Notes: a model not told the origin generated them from the sequence alone. A stretch of DNA of 64,000 bases from an uncultured Candidatus Rokubacteria bacterium (GCA_963762145.1 CAVXJS010000009.1:512001-576000), one strand, 5' to 3'. Shown: positions 42,356 through 55,101, counted from the first letter of the stretch. Made by a program: numbers and translations.

Positions 42356-44061
42356 CAGACCTCCAGGATCACGGGCAGGACCACCGGCTTGCGCTGGAAC
42401 CGCTGGTTGATGAACCGTCGCGCCGCGCTGCGTACCATGGCGCCGACCAGCTCGCGGTCGAATGCCTCCGGCTCCCGCCGGCCGGCCAGGGCGTCTCGCA
42501 CCGCGGTCTTGACCTCGTCCATCAGGGCGTCGGCCTCCTTCATGTAGACGAACCCGCGGGAGACGATCTCGGGTCCCGCCACGATCAGGCCCGTGGTGCG
42601 ATCGATCGTCAGCGCGATCACCAGCATGCCCGCCTCGGCCAGGAGCTGCCGGTCGCGGAGCACCACGCTGCCCACGTCGCCCACTCCCTTGCCGTCCACC
42701 AGCACCGGCCCGGCCGGGTAGCCGCCGAGCACCCGGGTGCCGGACGCGGTGACCTCGAGCCCGAGGCCGTCCTCGATGAGGAAGATGCGGTCCTTGGGGA
42801 TGCCCACACCCTCGGCCAGCCGCGCGTGCTGGAGCAGGTGCCGGAACTCGCCGTGCACCGGCACGAAGTAGCGCGGGCGCGTCAGTCGCGAGCATCTGCT
42901 TGAGATCCTCCTGGCTCGCGTGCCCCGAGACGTGCACGAAGGCCACGTCCTCCCAGAGCACCTCCGCGCCGCGGCGCAGGAGCGCGTTGATCACGCGGCC
43001 GATCACGCGCTCGTTCCCCGGGATCACGCGCGAGGAGAAGATCACGAGGTCGCCCGGCCCCGCGTGCACGTACTTGTGGTCGCCCGCCGCGATCAGCGAG
43101 AGCGCGGAGTGGGGCTCGCCCTGGCTCCCGGTGGAGACGATCACCTGGCGCTGGGCGGGCAGCTCGGCGAGCTCCTCGAGCGGGCAGGATCAGGCCCTCC
43201 GGCACCGTGAGGTAGCCCAGCTCCTGCGCCACCGCCACGTTCGTCATCATGCTCTTGCCGAGCAGCGCGACTTGTCGATGGCAGTGCGCCGCCAGATCGA
43301 GCACCTGCTGGATGCGGTGGATGTGGGAGGCGAAGGTGGCGAGGATGATGCGCCCGGGCGCCTCCGCGAAGCGGCCCGCGAGCGCCTGGCCGACGAGCGT
43401 CTCGGAGCCGGTGTGCCCCGGCCGGCCGACGTTGGTCGAGTCCGAGCAGAGCACGAGCACGCCGCGCTCGCCCAGCGCCGCGAAGCGCGAGTAGTCCGGC
43501 TGCTGGCGGTCCACCGGCTGCGCGTCGAGCTTGAAGTCGCCGGTGTGGACCACCGTGCCGAGCGGCGTCTCGATCGCGAGGCCGATGCCGTCGGCGATCG
43601 AGTGGGTCACGCGGATCGGCTCCACCGTGAAGCCGCCCACGACGATGCGATCGCCCGGGCGCGTACGTGCGCAGGTCGGCCTGGTCGAGGACGCCGTGCT
43701 CGGCGAGACGATGCTTGGCCACCGCCAGGGTGAGCGGCGTGCCGTACACCGGCACCGGGAACTCCCGCAGCAGGTACGACAGCGCGCCGATGTGGTCCTC
43801 GTGGCCGTGCGTGAGCACGACGCCGCGGAACGCGTCGCGCCGCTCGCGCAGATAGGCGAAGTCCGGGATGGCGAAATCGACGCCCGGCATCTCGTCGTCC
43901 GGGAAGAGCAGGCCGCAGTCGACGGCCAGGATGTCGGGGCCGCACTCGATCAGCATCATGTTGAGCCCGATCTCGCCGAGGCCGCCCAGGGGAATGAGTC
44001 TCACCGCGGGCTCGCCGGGCGCATCGATCGGAACGGGATCTGGTCTGTAAGTGGTGTTCAT
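42355..44061 (-). CDS. rnj: Ribonuclease J; indels
   Basis: [50 protein letters not shown]. Confidence 0.95.
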
Positions 44062-44089
44062 TGCGGCCTTTTCATCCTACCATCGGCCC

Positions 44090-44978
44090 CTAGCCGGGCC
44101 CAAGGAACGGGGCTAGGTCCGCCGTGGCGGCCAGCCGGGCGAATTCGGCCAGGCGAGAGGGTCTCGGCCCGGCGGCCCGGGTCGATCGCGGCGGCCTCGC
44201 AGAGCCGGCGGGCCCGCTCGGCGCCCAGGCCCAGACCGGCGGCCAGGGCATTCGCCAGGCTCTTGCGACGCTGGCCGAACGCGGCGCGCACGACGGTGGC
44301 GAAGCGGGCCGGATCGGCCACCGGCACGGGCGGCGCGCGGTGCGTCACGAGGTGCAGGACCGCGGAGTCCACCTGGGGCGGCGGGCTGAAGGCGCCGGGC
44401 GGCACGCGAGAAGGCCAGGCGCGACGCGACCGCCACCTGGGTCAGCACCGACAGCGCGCCGTAGGTCTTCCCCCCGGGCGCGGCGGCCACGCGCTCGGCC
44501 ACCTCCTTCTGGAGCATCAGCGCCATCTCGTCGATCGCCGGCGCCGCCTCGACCAGCGCGGCCAGGATGGGCTTGCCCACGCTGTACGGGAGGTTGCCGA
44601 CCACCAGGACGCGGCCGCCGGGATCGGGCGCGAGCGCGCGCAGCGCCCGGTAGTCGAACCCGCGCGCGTCCGCCTGGCGCACCTCCACGTGCGACGACGC
44701 GGCGAACCGGGCCTGGAGCGTCGCGGCGAGCTCCGCGTCGATCTCGAGCGTCAGGAGCCGGCCCGCGCGGGCGGCCAGCGTCTCGGTGAGCGCGCCGCGC
44801 CCGGGCCGATCTCGACGACCAGGTCGCGCGCGGTGGGCGTCACCAGGTCCACGATGCGGTCCACCACCGACCGGTCCCGCAGGAAGTGCTGGCCGAGCGC
44901 GCGGGTGCGACCGCGCGTGGCCGACCGGTACACCGGCGCGCGCGGGACCGCCGCGCGCGCGTTGCGACGCGGGCTCAC
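44090..44978 (-). CDS. rsmA: 16S rRNA dimethyladenosine transferase; indels
   Basis: [43 protein letters not shown]. Confidence 0.92.
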
Positions 44979-45609
44979 CGCCGCGCCTGGAGCTGGCGCA
45001 GGTCCTCGAGGAGGGCGCGGTAGACCTCGCGCACGCGCGCGGCCGTCGCCTCGGCGCGAGCCCGAGTTGTCGATGACGTAGTCGCCCGCGCGCGCCTTCT
45101 CCGCCAGCGGCATCTGGCTCGCGGTGCGGCGCGCGCGCGGCCTCCTCGGTCGAGCCGTCGCGCGCCATCAGCCGCGCGGAGCTGGGTGGCGGGATCGGTG
45201 GTCACCACCACGACCTTGTCCATCTTCTTGTGGCCGCCCGATTCGACCAGCAGGGCCGCGTCCCAGATCAGGAGGCCGTCGAAGCCCTGGCGCTCGAGAT
45301 CCGCCATGATCTTCTCGAACCGCACCCGGATCGCGGGATGGGTGATCGCCTCCAGCCGCTTCCGCTTGCCGGATCGGGGAAGACGATCTCGCCCAGCTCG
45401 CTGCGGTCGAGCCGACCGTCGGGCTGGAGCACGTCCTTGCCGAACTCGACCACGATCTGGGCGTGCGCGGGCGTGCCCGGCTCCACCACCTCGCGGGCGA
45501 GGGCGTCGGCGTCCATCACCCGCACGCTCGGGCTCGCCAGCAGCGCGGTGACCGTGCTCTTGCCGGTGGCGATGCCGCCGGTGAGGCCGACCAGGAGGAA
45601 GCGCTTCAT
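44975..45609 (-). CDS. coaE: Dephospho-CoA kinase; indels
   Basis: VGLTGGIATGKSTV, DAD, ITHP, QMPL..K, DYVIDN. Confidence 0.92.
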
Positions 45610-48177
45610 ACCGCGGCCCAGTCGGCGCCGATCTTCACGTCCACCCGGAGCGGCACGTCGAGCGACATCGCGGACTCCATCACCTCGCGTGGCCAGCGCC
45701 TCGGAGCCGGTCCAGCTCCGCGGGCGGCGCCTCGAACAGCAGCTCGTCGTGCACCTGCAGGAGCATGCGGCTCTCGAGCCGGTGCGCCTCCAGCTCCGCG
45801 GCCATCCGGACCATCGCGATCTTGATCGAGGTCCGCGGCGGTGCCCTGGATGGGCGCGTTGGTGGCCATGCGCTCGGCGAAGCCGCGGAGGTTCGGGTTG
45901 CCGCTGCGCAGCTCCGGCAGGTAGCGCCGGCGCCCGAGCAGCGTGCTGACGAAGCCGCGCTCGCGCCCGTCCGCGACGGTGCGCGTCGAGGTAGGCCTTG
46001 ACCTTGGGATGCCGGCGCGAAGAAGCGGTCGAGGAACTCCTGCGCCTGCTTGGTGCTCATATCGAGCCCGCGCGAGAGGCCGAAGGCGGTGACCCCGTAG
46101 ATCACCGCGAAGTTGGTGGTCTTGGCGATGTCGCGCTGCTCCGGGGTCACCGCCTCGAGCGCGGACGCCGAACACCTCGGACGCGGTGCGGCGGTGGATG
46201 TCCTCGCCGCGACGGAAGGCCTCGATCAGGCTCTCCTCGCCGCGAGACGTGGGCGAGGATGCGCAGCTCGATCTGCGAGTAGTCCGCGGCGAGGAACTGC
46301 CAGCCCGGACTCGGGGACGAACGCGGCCCGGATGCGCCGGCCCAGCTCGGTGCGCACCGGGATGTTCTGGACGTTCGGATTGCTCGACGACGAGCCGTCC
46401 GGTCGCGGCCACGAGCTGGTTGAACGAGGTGTGGATGCGGCCGGTCCGCGGGTTGATCAGGGTCGGCAGCGAGTCGGCGTAGGTGGACTTGAGCTTGGCG
46501 AGCGTGCGGTGCTCGACGATCCGCGCGGGCAGCTCGTGGCCGAGGGCCAGCTGCTCGAGCACGTCGGCGTCGGTCGAGTAGCCGGTCTTGGTGCGCCGCA
46601 CCGGCGGCAGCTTGAGCTTCTCGAACAGGATCGTGGGCGAGCTGCTTGGGCGAGCCGATGTTGAACTCCTCGCCCGCGAGCGTGAAGATCTCGCGCGTCG
46701 TCCGCTCGAGATGCACCTCGAGCTCGCGCGAGAACTCGCCGAGGCGGTCCGGATCGACGCGGATGCCGTGCCGCTCCATGCGCGCGAGCACCGCCGATCA
46801 GCGGCCGCTCGATGTCCTGGTAGACGGCCGTGGAGACCTACCTCCTGCAGCGCGCGCGGCTGCATCGCCCAGAGATCCCAGATCCACCGGGCCCGCGTGC
46901 CGGGCCGCGCGATCCCGGGCCCCTGGCCGAGCAGCTCGGCGCAGACCTCCTCGAGCTTGTAGTTGGTGCGCGCCGGGTTGAGCAGGTAGGCGGCCACCGC
47001 GGTGTCCTCGCCCGGGGGCAGCGTGCCACCCCGGGCCAGCCACCACTCGGATAGCGGCTTGATGTCGTGACCGACCAGCGTGCGCCCGCCGAGGTCGGGC
47101 ACCGCGGCCTTCCAGGCCTCGAGCTCGAGGATCGCGGGACCCGCGCCCGGGTGAAACAGGCCGATCGCGGTCAGTGCCGGATCCGGCGGGCCGCCGTCGC
47201 CGATCGCTTCGACGGCGAGCGGCTCGCCCGCGGGCGCCTCGGCCAGGTAGGCCGCGAGCGCGGCGGCGTCGGCCAGGGTCGGGACGTCGGCGCCGGTGGC
47301 CTCGGGCGCGGGCTCGGCGGGGAGCTGGCGCAGGAGGCTGTGGAACTCGAGCTCGGTCCAGAGCGCGCGCAGGCGATCCCAGTCGGGCTCGCGGCGGCGG
47401 AATGCGTCCAGGTCCACCGCGATCGGCACCCGCGTGCTGACCGTCGCCAGCTCGCGCGAGAGCAGCGCCTGCTTGCGATTGGCGGCCAGCGTCTCGCGCA
47501 GCTTGCCCGGCACCAGGGAGAGGTTCTCGTACAGCCGCGCCACGCCGCCGAACTGGCCGATCAGCTTGGCCGCGGTCTTCTCGCCCACGCCCGGCACGCC
47601 CGGGATGTTGTCGATGGAGTCGCCCATCAGGGCCAGGATGTCGGGGATCTGCGCGGGCTCCACGCCCCACTTGGCCTTCACCGCCGCCTCGTCGAAGACC
47701 ACGCGGTCCCCGCCCCGGCCGGTGGTCGAGAACACGCGCACCCGCGGGCTCACGAGCTGGAGCATGTCCTTGTCGCGAGGTGACCAGCGACCAGGTCGAT
47801 GGCGAGCTCGCGCGTGCGGTCCACCACCGTGCCCAGCACGTCGTCGGCCTCGAAGCCCGGCACCTCCAGGAGCGGCAGGCGCAGGGCCTCGAACAGCGTC
47901 TTCACCAGCGGGATCTGGGTGCGCGAGATCGTCGGGCATGGGCGACCGCGTCTCCTTGTAGGCCGCGAACTTCTCCTCCCGGAACGTGGGGCCGGGCGGG
48001 TCCCACGCCACCGCGAAGTAGTCGGGATTGTCCTCGCGCAGCAGCTTCCACAGCATCGTGGACATGCCGAAGACCGCGTGGCTCGGCACGCCCTTCGACG
48101 GTGGAGAGAAAGGGGATCGCGTGGTAGGCGCGGAAGAGGAAGCCGGGGCCATCGAGGATGAACAGGCGCTCGGTCAT
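45606..48177 (-). CDS. polA: DNA polymerase I; indels
   Basis: 5'-3' exonuclease ([29 protein letters not shown]) and polymerase motifs [27 protein letters not shown]. Confidence 0.95.
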
Positions 48178-48273
48178 GCGGGCTCGCCCGGATCATACAC
48201 CGGCCTCCCGGCGACCGCCTCTCCCGTGCCTTTAATGTCCGCACGCTCGGTTAGTATTGACGAGGAGGCTCAC

Positions 48274-49567
48274 GTGACCGGAGATCGCTTCCTGGTGGAG
48301 GGCGGCCATCCCCTGCGGGGGACGGTGACGCCGGCCGGCAACAAGAACGAGGCCCTGCCCGTCCTCGCGGCGTGCCTGCTCGTCGCCGGCGAGGTCGTCG
48401 TGGAGAACGTGCCCCGCATCCGGGACGTGACCGCGCTGCTCGAAGGCCTCCGCCACCTGGGGGTCCGAGTGGACGTGGACGACCACGGCACGGTGCGCCT
48501 GGACGCGAGCACGCTCAAGGGCCGCGACCCCGACCCCGCGGTGATGTCGCAGCTCCGCGGCTCGGTGCTCCTGGCGCCGGGCCTGCTCGCGCGGACGGGC
48601 CAGGCCGTGCTGCCCCCACCCGGCGGCGATCGGATCGGCCGGCGGCGGCTCGACACCCACCTGCTCGCGCTGAGCGAGCTGGGCGCAAAGGTCGCCTCCG
48701 GCCCGTCGCTCCACCTGACGCTCGAGGGCCGCTTCCGCGGCACCGAGGTGTTCCTCGACGAGATGAGCGTGACCGGCACCGAGAACACGGTGATGGCCGC
48801 CGCGGTGGCCGAGGGCGAGACCGTGATCCTGAACGCGGCCAGCGAGCCGCACGTCCAGGGCCTGTGCCGCTTTCTCAACGTCCTGGGCGCCCGGATCAGC
48901 GGAATCGGGACGAACCAGCTCCGCATCCAGGGGGTCCGGGAGCTCGGGCCCGGCCGCCACCGCCTGGGCCCCGATCACATCGAGATCGGCTCCTTCGTCG
49001 CGCTCGCGGCCATGACCGGCGGTGATCTGCGGATCCGCGACGTGATCCCGGAGGATCTGCGCATGATCCGCCTGGCCTTCCGGCAGGCTGGGGGTGGAGA
49101 CGTCGCTCGACGGCACCACGCTGGTGGTCCCCGGCCCGCAGAAGCTGGAGGTGGCGACCGACGCGGACGGGGCGATCTCCAAGGTGGACGACGCGCCGTG
49201 GCCGGGCTTCCCCGCCGACCTGACCTCGCTCGCGCTGGTGCTGGCGACCCAGAGCCGTGGGACCGTGCTCATCCACGAGAAGCTGTTCGAGAGCCGCCTC
49301 TTCTTCGTGGACAGCCTCATCGCGATGGGGGCCCGGATCGTCCTGTGCGATCCGCACCGCGCGGTGGTGGTCGGCCCCACCGAGCTGCGGGGCGCCCCGA
49401 TGGTCTCTCCCGACATCCGCGCGGGCATGGCCCTCATCGGCGCGGCGCTCTGCGCGCGCGGAACCTCCTCGATCATGAACGCGCACCAGGTGGACCGTGG
49501 TTACGAGCGGATCGACGAGCGCCTGCGCTCCCTCGGCGCGCGGATCACCCGCGAGCCGGGCGCCTGA
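48274..49567 (+). CDS. murA: UDP-N-acetylglucosamine 1-carboxyvinyltransferase (Asp at the Cys115 position); one indel near 49085
   Basis: [49 protein letters not shown]. Confidence 0.93.
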
Positions 49568-49617
49568 CCACGGCGGGTCGCTTCGGCGCAACGCGCTCGT
49601 GGAGCGCCCGCACCCAC

Positions 49618-50643
49618 GTGGTGCTGATCCTCGAACTGGCCGTATCGCTCACCCTTCTCGGCGTCGCCACCGTAGCGACCGCCCACCCCTCGAGCTTGCA
49701 AGCCGAGCTCGATCGCGTCGCCGCCTCGGTCGGCGGCAGCGCTGGCATTGGCGTGCGCCATCTTGAATCCGGGCTCGAGCTCTACGTCAATCGGGGCGTG
49801 CGCTACCCGATGGCCAGCGTATTCAAGGTGCCGGTCGCGATTCAACTGCTCGCGATGGTCGAGGAAGATCGCGCCGATCTGGACAGGATGGTCGAGCTGC
49901 GCGCGAGCGACCTTCGCCCTGGCAGCGGCGGGCTCGTGAAGGGCTTCGTCGAGCCGAGGCGCATCACGATTCGAGAGCTGCTCGAGAGGATGCTGGTCGA
50001 CAGCGATGCCACCGCCACCGACTACCTGCTGCGCGAGATCGGCGGCGTCCCGGCTGTCCAGGCGCGGTTGAAGAAACTCGGGTTGGACGGCATCTCGGTG
50101 GACCGCACGACCGGTCACCTCCAGGCTGCCGCGCTCGGCTTCGACGACCTGCCCGCCGACGTGGGACCCACGGCGTCCGAAATGGATCGGATGATCCACA
50201 CGCTCCCGCGCTCGCGGCGCACTGGACGCATCGCCGCCTTCATGAATAATGAGCGGGACACGGCGACGCCCGAGGCGCTCGTCGCGATGCTGACAAAGGT
50301 CTGGAACGGCGAGACGCTCGGTCCGAAGTACACCAAAGTCCTTATCGACACCATGCATCGCTGCCGGACCGGCAAAGGGCGGCTTCCGGCCGGGCTACCG
50401 GCAGGAACAAAGGTCGCTCACAAGACGGGGACATTCAGGGGCTTGATCACGAACGACGCCGGAATCATCACCCTTCCCGGCAAGTCCGGGCATGTCGTCG
50501 TCACGGTTCAGATCAAGGAGTCCAGCCAGCCTCTCGAGGCGCAGGAGCGCGCGGTCGCGGAGGTCGCGCGCGCAGTCTACAGCCACTTCACCGCCAGAAC
50601 TCAGACGAGCTTGCGTCCGCCCGCTTCCTCTTCCCGCCACTAG
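49618..50643 (+). CDS. Class A beta-lactamase-like serine hydrolase (degenerate SDN and E166 motifs)
   Basis: Signal peptide, YPMASVFK (SxxK), SDA, RDTATP, HKTGT, NDAG. Confidence 0.8.
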   Translation: MVLILELAVSLTLLGVATVATAHPSSLQAELDRVAASVGGSAGIGVRHLESGLELYVNRGVRYPMASVFKVPVAIQLLAMVEEDRADLDRMVELRASDLRPGSGGLVKGFVEPRRITIRELLERMLVDSDATATDYLLREIGGVPAVQARLKKLGLDGISVDRTTGHLQAAALGFDDLPADVGPTASEMDRMIHTLPRSRRTGRIAAFMNNERDTATPEALVAMLTKVWNGETLGPKYTKVLIDTMHRCRTGKGRLPAGLPAGTKVAHKTGTFRGLITNDAGIITLPGKSGHVVVTVQIKESSQPLEAQERAVAEVARAVYSHFTARTQTSLRPPASSSRH

Positions 50644-50667
50644 CGGTCACCTGATAGAGTCCGTTCC

Positions 50668-51387
50668 ATGCCAACCATGAAACGCATCGGGGTGCTCGGT
50701 GGGATCAGCCCGCAGGCCACGATCGACTTCGAGGCGCGCGTGCACCGCGTCTGCCAGCAGCTGGTCCCGCAGAGCTGGAATCGCGGCTACCCGCCGATGG
50801 TGGTCTGGTACCACCGCCGCATGCCCCTGCGCGTCGACGCCGATGACCGGCCGCTCGTGCCCCGCGAGATCGACCCGGAGCTGGTGGATGCTGCGACCTG
50901 GTTGGGCCGGACCGTGGACTTCCTCGTCATGCCCTGCAACGCCGCCCACGTCGGGCTGGCCGCGCTCAGGAAGGCCGCCGGGTGCCCGGTCCTCAGCATG
51001 ATCGACGTCGCGGTGGACGAGGTCGCGCGGCGGGGCTGGCGGCACGTCGGCGTCCTCGGCTTCGCCGGCGCGCCGGCGCCCTACGTCCAGGCGCTGGGCG
51101 CGCGAGGGGTCCGCCACGCGACGATCGACGGCGCGCTGCAGGCGCGCGTGGACGCCGGGATCCGGGCCGTGGCGGAGGGGCGCGAGGGCCCGGCCGATAC
51201 GGAGGCCGCCCGCGCCGCGGTCGCGGCCATGCGGGCGGTGCCGGTCGAGGGTGTGCTGCTCGGCTGCACGGAGATCCCGCTGATGCTGGGCGAGGAGGTC
51301 GAGGCCAAAGATCTCCTCAGCCCGGCGGCGCTTCTGGCCGAGGCCGCGGTCCGCGCGGCCATCGGTGACATCCCGCTGCCTCGCTAG
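50668..51387 (+). CDS. Aspartate/glutamate racemase family protein
   Basis: IGVLGGISP, two catalytic Cys motifs PCNAAH and GCTEIP. Confidence 0.85.
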   Translation: MPTMKRIGVLGGISPQATIDFEARVHRVCQQLVPQSWNRGYPPMVVWYHRRMPLRVDADDRPLVPREIDPELVDAATWLGRTVDFLVMPCNAAHVGLAALRKAAGCPVLSMIDVAVDEVARRGWRHVGVLGFAGAPAPYVQALGARGVRHATIDGALQARVDAGIRAVAEGREGPADTEAARAAVAAMRAVPVEGVLLGCTEIPLMLGEEVEAKDLLSPAALLAEAAVRAAIGDIPLPR

Positions 51388-51809
51388 GTCGATCCTGATT
51401 TCGCGCGTTCCCGCGACTACCGACTCTCCGGCCGTCCTCCTTGGCCGGGATGCAGATGTTGGTGAGCTGGCAGCTCCCGATCTGCTCGTGATCGAGATCC
51501 GCGCACGCCTCGCCCACGCACGCGATGACCGGCGCCGAGGTTGATGCAGGCGTCGCCCGAGCACGAGCCCGGTCCGGCGGCATCGCCCTTGGGAGCAGCG
51601 GCCTACGCCTGAGTGTCGCCCAGCCGGCCAGATCGAGCACCCGCCCGGGCGCCTAGGAAGTCGTCTCGGAAACGCGCTCACCCGAGCAGGCGCGAACGTT
51701 GAACGGTCCGGGGCGAGATCCGGGCACGCGGCGCGCACCGCTCGGTATCGTGCTGGCCTGGGCGACGCCGGAGCGGCAGGGGCCGAGATCCGCGAGGAAT
51801 TCCGGCGCG

Positions 51810-53027
51810 TCACCGAGATGGTGAAGAAGGCAGACCTGACGAAGTAAGGCCCGCTGCCTTCGCCGCAGCCTCGGCGTGCGGCACGACGTCGTACGAATAG
51901 AGCTGCTTGCGGAATTCGGCATGCGCGAGAAGATCGGCGTCGCGCTTGCGCAGGTCATCGACCATCGAATCGACGCGCAGCCCATGCCGGCGAGCGCCCA
52001 GCTGGACCTCGGCGACGCGCTCGCGGCGCAGCCGCTCGTACGCGAGCAGGCAGGCGGGCGCGCTGGCGGTGTCGGCGCGAGTGAGGATGGTGGCGAGCGC
52101 GATGCCGTCCTCGATCGCCTGGTTGGCGCCCTGGCCGAGGTGCGGCAGCATCGGATGCGCCGCATCCCCGAGCAAGGTGAGACGGCCCCTGGTCCAGGTC
52201 GGCAGCGGCTCGCGGTCGTAGAGCGCCCAGCGGAGCGTCCGCTCGACCTGTTTCAGCACCTGCCCGATGCGCGGATCCCACCCGTAAAACTCGCGGCGCA
52301 GCACCTCCGGGTCGCCTGGTGCGGACCAGGACTCCTTCATCGTCTCGTCGGTCGGCACGAAGCCGACGTAGTTGACCATCTCACCGTGGCGCACCGGGAA
52401 GACGAGGAAGTGCTTCGAGGGCCCCGCCCACATCTGCCAGCGATCCATTGGCCAGTCCGGCAGGTGCTCGCGCGGCACCAGGCCGCGGTACGAGATCGTG
52501 CCGTGGAAGAGCGGCTTCGAGGGCGGGAAGACGTGAGGCCGCAGCTCGGAGTGGATGCCGTCGGCGCCGATCACCACGTCGGCCTCGGCGACGGTGCCGT
52601 TGGCGAACTTCACGCGGGCGATCTCCGCGGTCTGCTCGAAGCCGACCGCGCGGTGACCGGTGCGGATGATGCCGGCGGGCAGATGCGCCGCGAGAAACTC
52701 GATGTAGTCGGCGCGGTGCATGCCAAAACAGGCATTCCACCCCGCGGCGTCGGTCACCTGAACCGGCGCGATCGGAGCGCCGTCGTGGCGGAAATACGCG
52801 GATCCCGGGCCGACACGGGCGCCCCAGCGCTCGACCGCGCCGCCGAGCCCGATGCTCTCGAGGTGTCGGACCGCGTTCGGCGTCACGAAGACACCGGCGC
52901 CGATCTCGCCGATCGCCGTGGCCTGCTCGTAGACGGCAACGCGCAGCCCGCGCGCGAGCAGCGCGTTGGCCGCGAACAGGCCGCCGATGCCGCCGCCGAC
53001 GATCGCGACGCTGGGTCGGGTAACCAT
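51810..53027 (-). CDS. FAD-dependent monooxygenase (salicylate hydroxylase-like)
   Basis: IVGGGIGG, GADGIHS, LLGDAAHPMLPHLGQGANQAIED. Confidence 0.9.
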   Translation of the reverse strand: MVTRPSVAIVGGGIGGLFAANALLARGLRVAVYEQATAIGEIGAGVFVTPNAVRHLESIGLGGAVERWGARVGPGSAYFRHDGAPIAPVQVTDAAGWNACFGMHRADYIEFLAAHLPAGIIRTGHRAVGFEQTAEIARVKFANGTVAEADVVIGADGIHSELRPHVFPPSKPLFHGTISYRGLVPREHLPDWPMDRWQMWAGPSKHFLVFPVRHGEMVNYVGFVPTDETMKESWSAPGDPEVLRREFYGWDPRIGQVLKQVERTLRWALYDREPLPTWTRGRLTLLGDAAHPMLPHLGQGANQAIEDGIALATILTRADTASAPACLLAYERLRRERVAEVQLGARRHGLRVDSMVDDLRKRDADLLAHAEFRKQLYSYDVVPHAEAAAKAAGLTSSGLPSSPSR

Positions 53028-53206
53028 GCCCGTATTGTGCGGCTACTAGGGAGTCTCGCCACGCTGTTTCTCGACGTCGGCGTTGATCGAGGTGAGCACG
53101 ACCGCGTAGTAGGGCCGTTCGCATACCCTCCTTGGAAAGCCGCCCGCGCCCTGGCACAATCATGGCCTGCCGCGATAGCCCGGGCCGCGGCGCCAAGGAG
53201 GAGCCC

Positions 53207-54320
53207 ATGAAATTCGGCCTGTTCTACGAGCTCTCGGTGCCGCGGCCATGGACGCGCGAGTCGGAGCGGACGGTCTACCAGAACGCGCTCGAGCAGGTGC
53301 AGCTCGCCGACGAGCTCGGCTTCGATCAGGTGTGGGCGGTCGAGCACCACTTCCTCGAGGAGTATTCCCACTGCCCGGCCCCCGAGCTGTTCCTGACCGC
53401 CTGCGCGATGATCACGAAGAAGATTCGCGTCGGCCACGGCATCGTCATCTGCGTCCCGGAGTTCAACCATCCGATCAAGATCGCGGAGCGCACCGCGGTG
53501 CTCGACATCCTCTCGGGCGGCCGCCTCGAGGTCGGCACCGGCCGATCCGCCACCTGGACCGAGCTCGGCGGCTTCCGCGCCAATCCGGACACGACGAAGA
53601 AATCGTGGGACGAGTTCGTGCGCTGCCTGCCGAAGATGTGGACGCAGGACACGTTCAGCTACGACGGCGAGTTCTGGTCCATGCCGGAGCGGACGATCGT
53701 GCCCAAGGTGTACCAGCGGCCGCACCCGCCGCTCTGGGTGGCGGTGACCTCGCCCGGCACCGAGCTCGACGCCGCCGACCGCGGCCTCGGCAGCCTCGGG
53801 CTCACGTTCGGGCAGTTCGCGGAGCAGGAAAAGCGCATCGCCGAGTACCGGCGGCGGATCCGCTCCTGCGAGCCGGTCGGCGCATTCGTCAACGACCAGG
53901 TCAGCACCGTGAACTTCCTGTACTGTCACGAGGACGACGCGACGGGACGCGCCACCGGGCGTCGCATGGCAGACACCTTCAACTACCTCGCCGCGCAGCT
54001 GATCTCGGCGCGGGAGGCGTTCCCCAGCCGCTCGTACCAGTCGCTCGGTCTCCTGCCCCAGCTGAGGCGCCAGGCGACCGGGCCCGACGCCACCGAGCAG
54101 GCGGGCGAAGGGCTCGCGTTCGGCGGACCCGCAGCGGGTGGTGCACGCGCTCAAGCGCTGGGAAGCGGTCGGCGTCGATCGGGTCAACTTCCTGATGAAC
54201 GCCATGGAGGTCATCCCGCAGGCGGACGTGCTCGCCAGCCTGCGGCTCTTCGCCAAGGAGGTCATGCCCGCGTTCGCGGACGACAAGCCGGCCGGCAGTG
54301 CGCCGGCCGTGAGCGCCTGA
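53207..54320 (+). CDS. LLM-class (luciferase-like) flavin-dependent oxidoreductase; one indel
   Basis: MKFGLFYE, LGFDQVWAVEHHF, HPIKIAER, DILSGGRLEVG, PHPPLW, LFAKEVMP. Confidence 0.9.
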
Positions 54321-55085
54321 TGCCCACCTTCGGCACGCTGGAGCTGACCTCGCGTCGTCGACCGCCTCCCGACGATGCGCGATCTCGATACCGAGGCGTG
54401 GCTGCTGCCCGGCGCGGAGATCCTCCAGCTTGCGTTCGAGGTGCCGCGCACCACCGAGTCGCTGCTCCCGCGGGCGATGCACCCGGCGATTCCGCCGTAC
54501 GCGACGATCTGGGTCACCCGCTACGCCGAGAGTCCGGTCGGCCCGTTCACTCTCGCGCAGCTGCGGCTCATGGGACGCGCGGGAGCGCATCCCCGGGGCT
54601 TCGTGCTGGGCGCGGTCGCGAGCACGGACGGCGCGGCGACCGCCCTGCGGGAACGGTGGGGCCTGCCGGTGGTGCCGGGTCAGGTCGCCTTCCGGCGCCG
54701 GCACGACCGCATCACCGCCACGGTGATGCGCGACGGGGTGACGGTGCTCGACTGCGGGCTGATCGATCCCGAGCCGATCTCCGGCGGCGACGTGCAGTAC
54801 ATCCATTCGGTGACGCTCGCCCACGCCCCGCTCGACGGGAAGACCGACCCCCGGCTGATCCAGGTCGACTCGCGCTACACGATCAAGAAGGCGGAGCGCG
54901 GGCGCCCCCATGTCGGCGTGCTGGTCCCGTCCGCATGGAACGCCGAGCCGGTACGGCCGCTCAACCCGATCGCCGCGACGGTGACCTCGAGCGACACCGA
55001 CCTGCCGCGCATCCGCTTCGTGATGGATGTCGAGGTCCCGGTGGTGCGGGGCACCCGCCGCATCCGCGAGTCGCGCGAGGAGTGA
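54320..55085 (+). CDS. Acetoacetate decarboxylase-like fold protein; one indel near the start
   Basis: LLPRAMHP, SPVGPF, RERWGLP pattern typical of the ADC superfamily. Confidence 0.6.
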
Positions 55086-55101
55086 CCGGGCAGGGCCGTC
55101 G

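Noticed and set aside
48028-50643. 871-aa ORF suggesting a MurA-beta-lactamase fusion
   Set aside because: An indel near 49085 shifts murA; its true C-terminus ends at 49567 in another frame, and the second protein has its own signal peptide.
51388-51809. Gene or ncRNA in the roughly 420-bp gap between convergent genes
   Set aside because: The short ORFs show no recognisable motifs, and I found no convincing stem structure.
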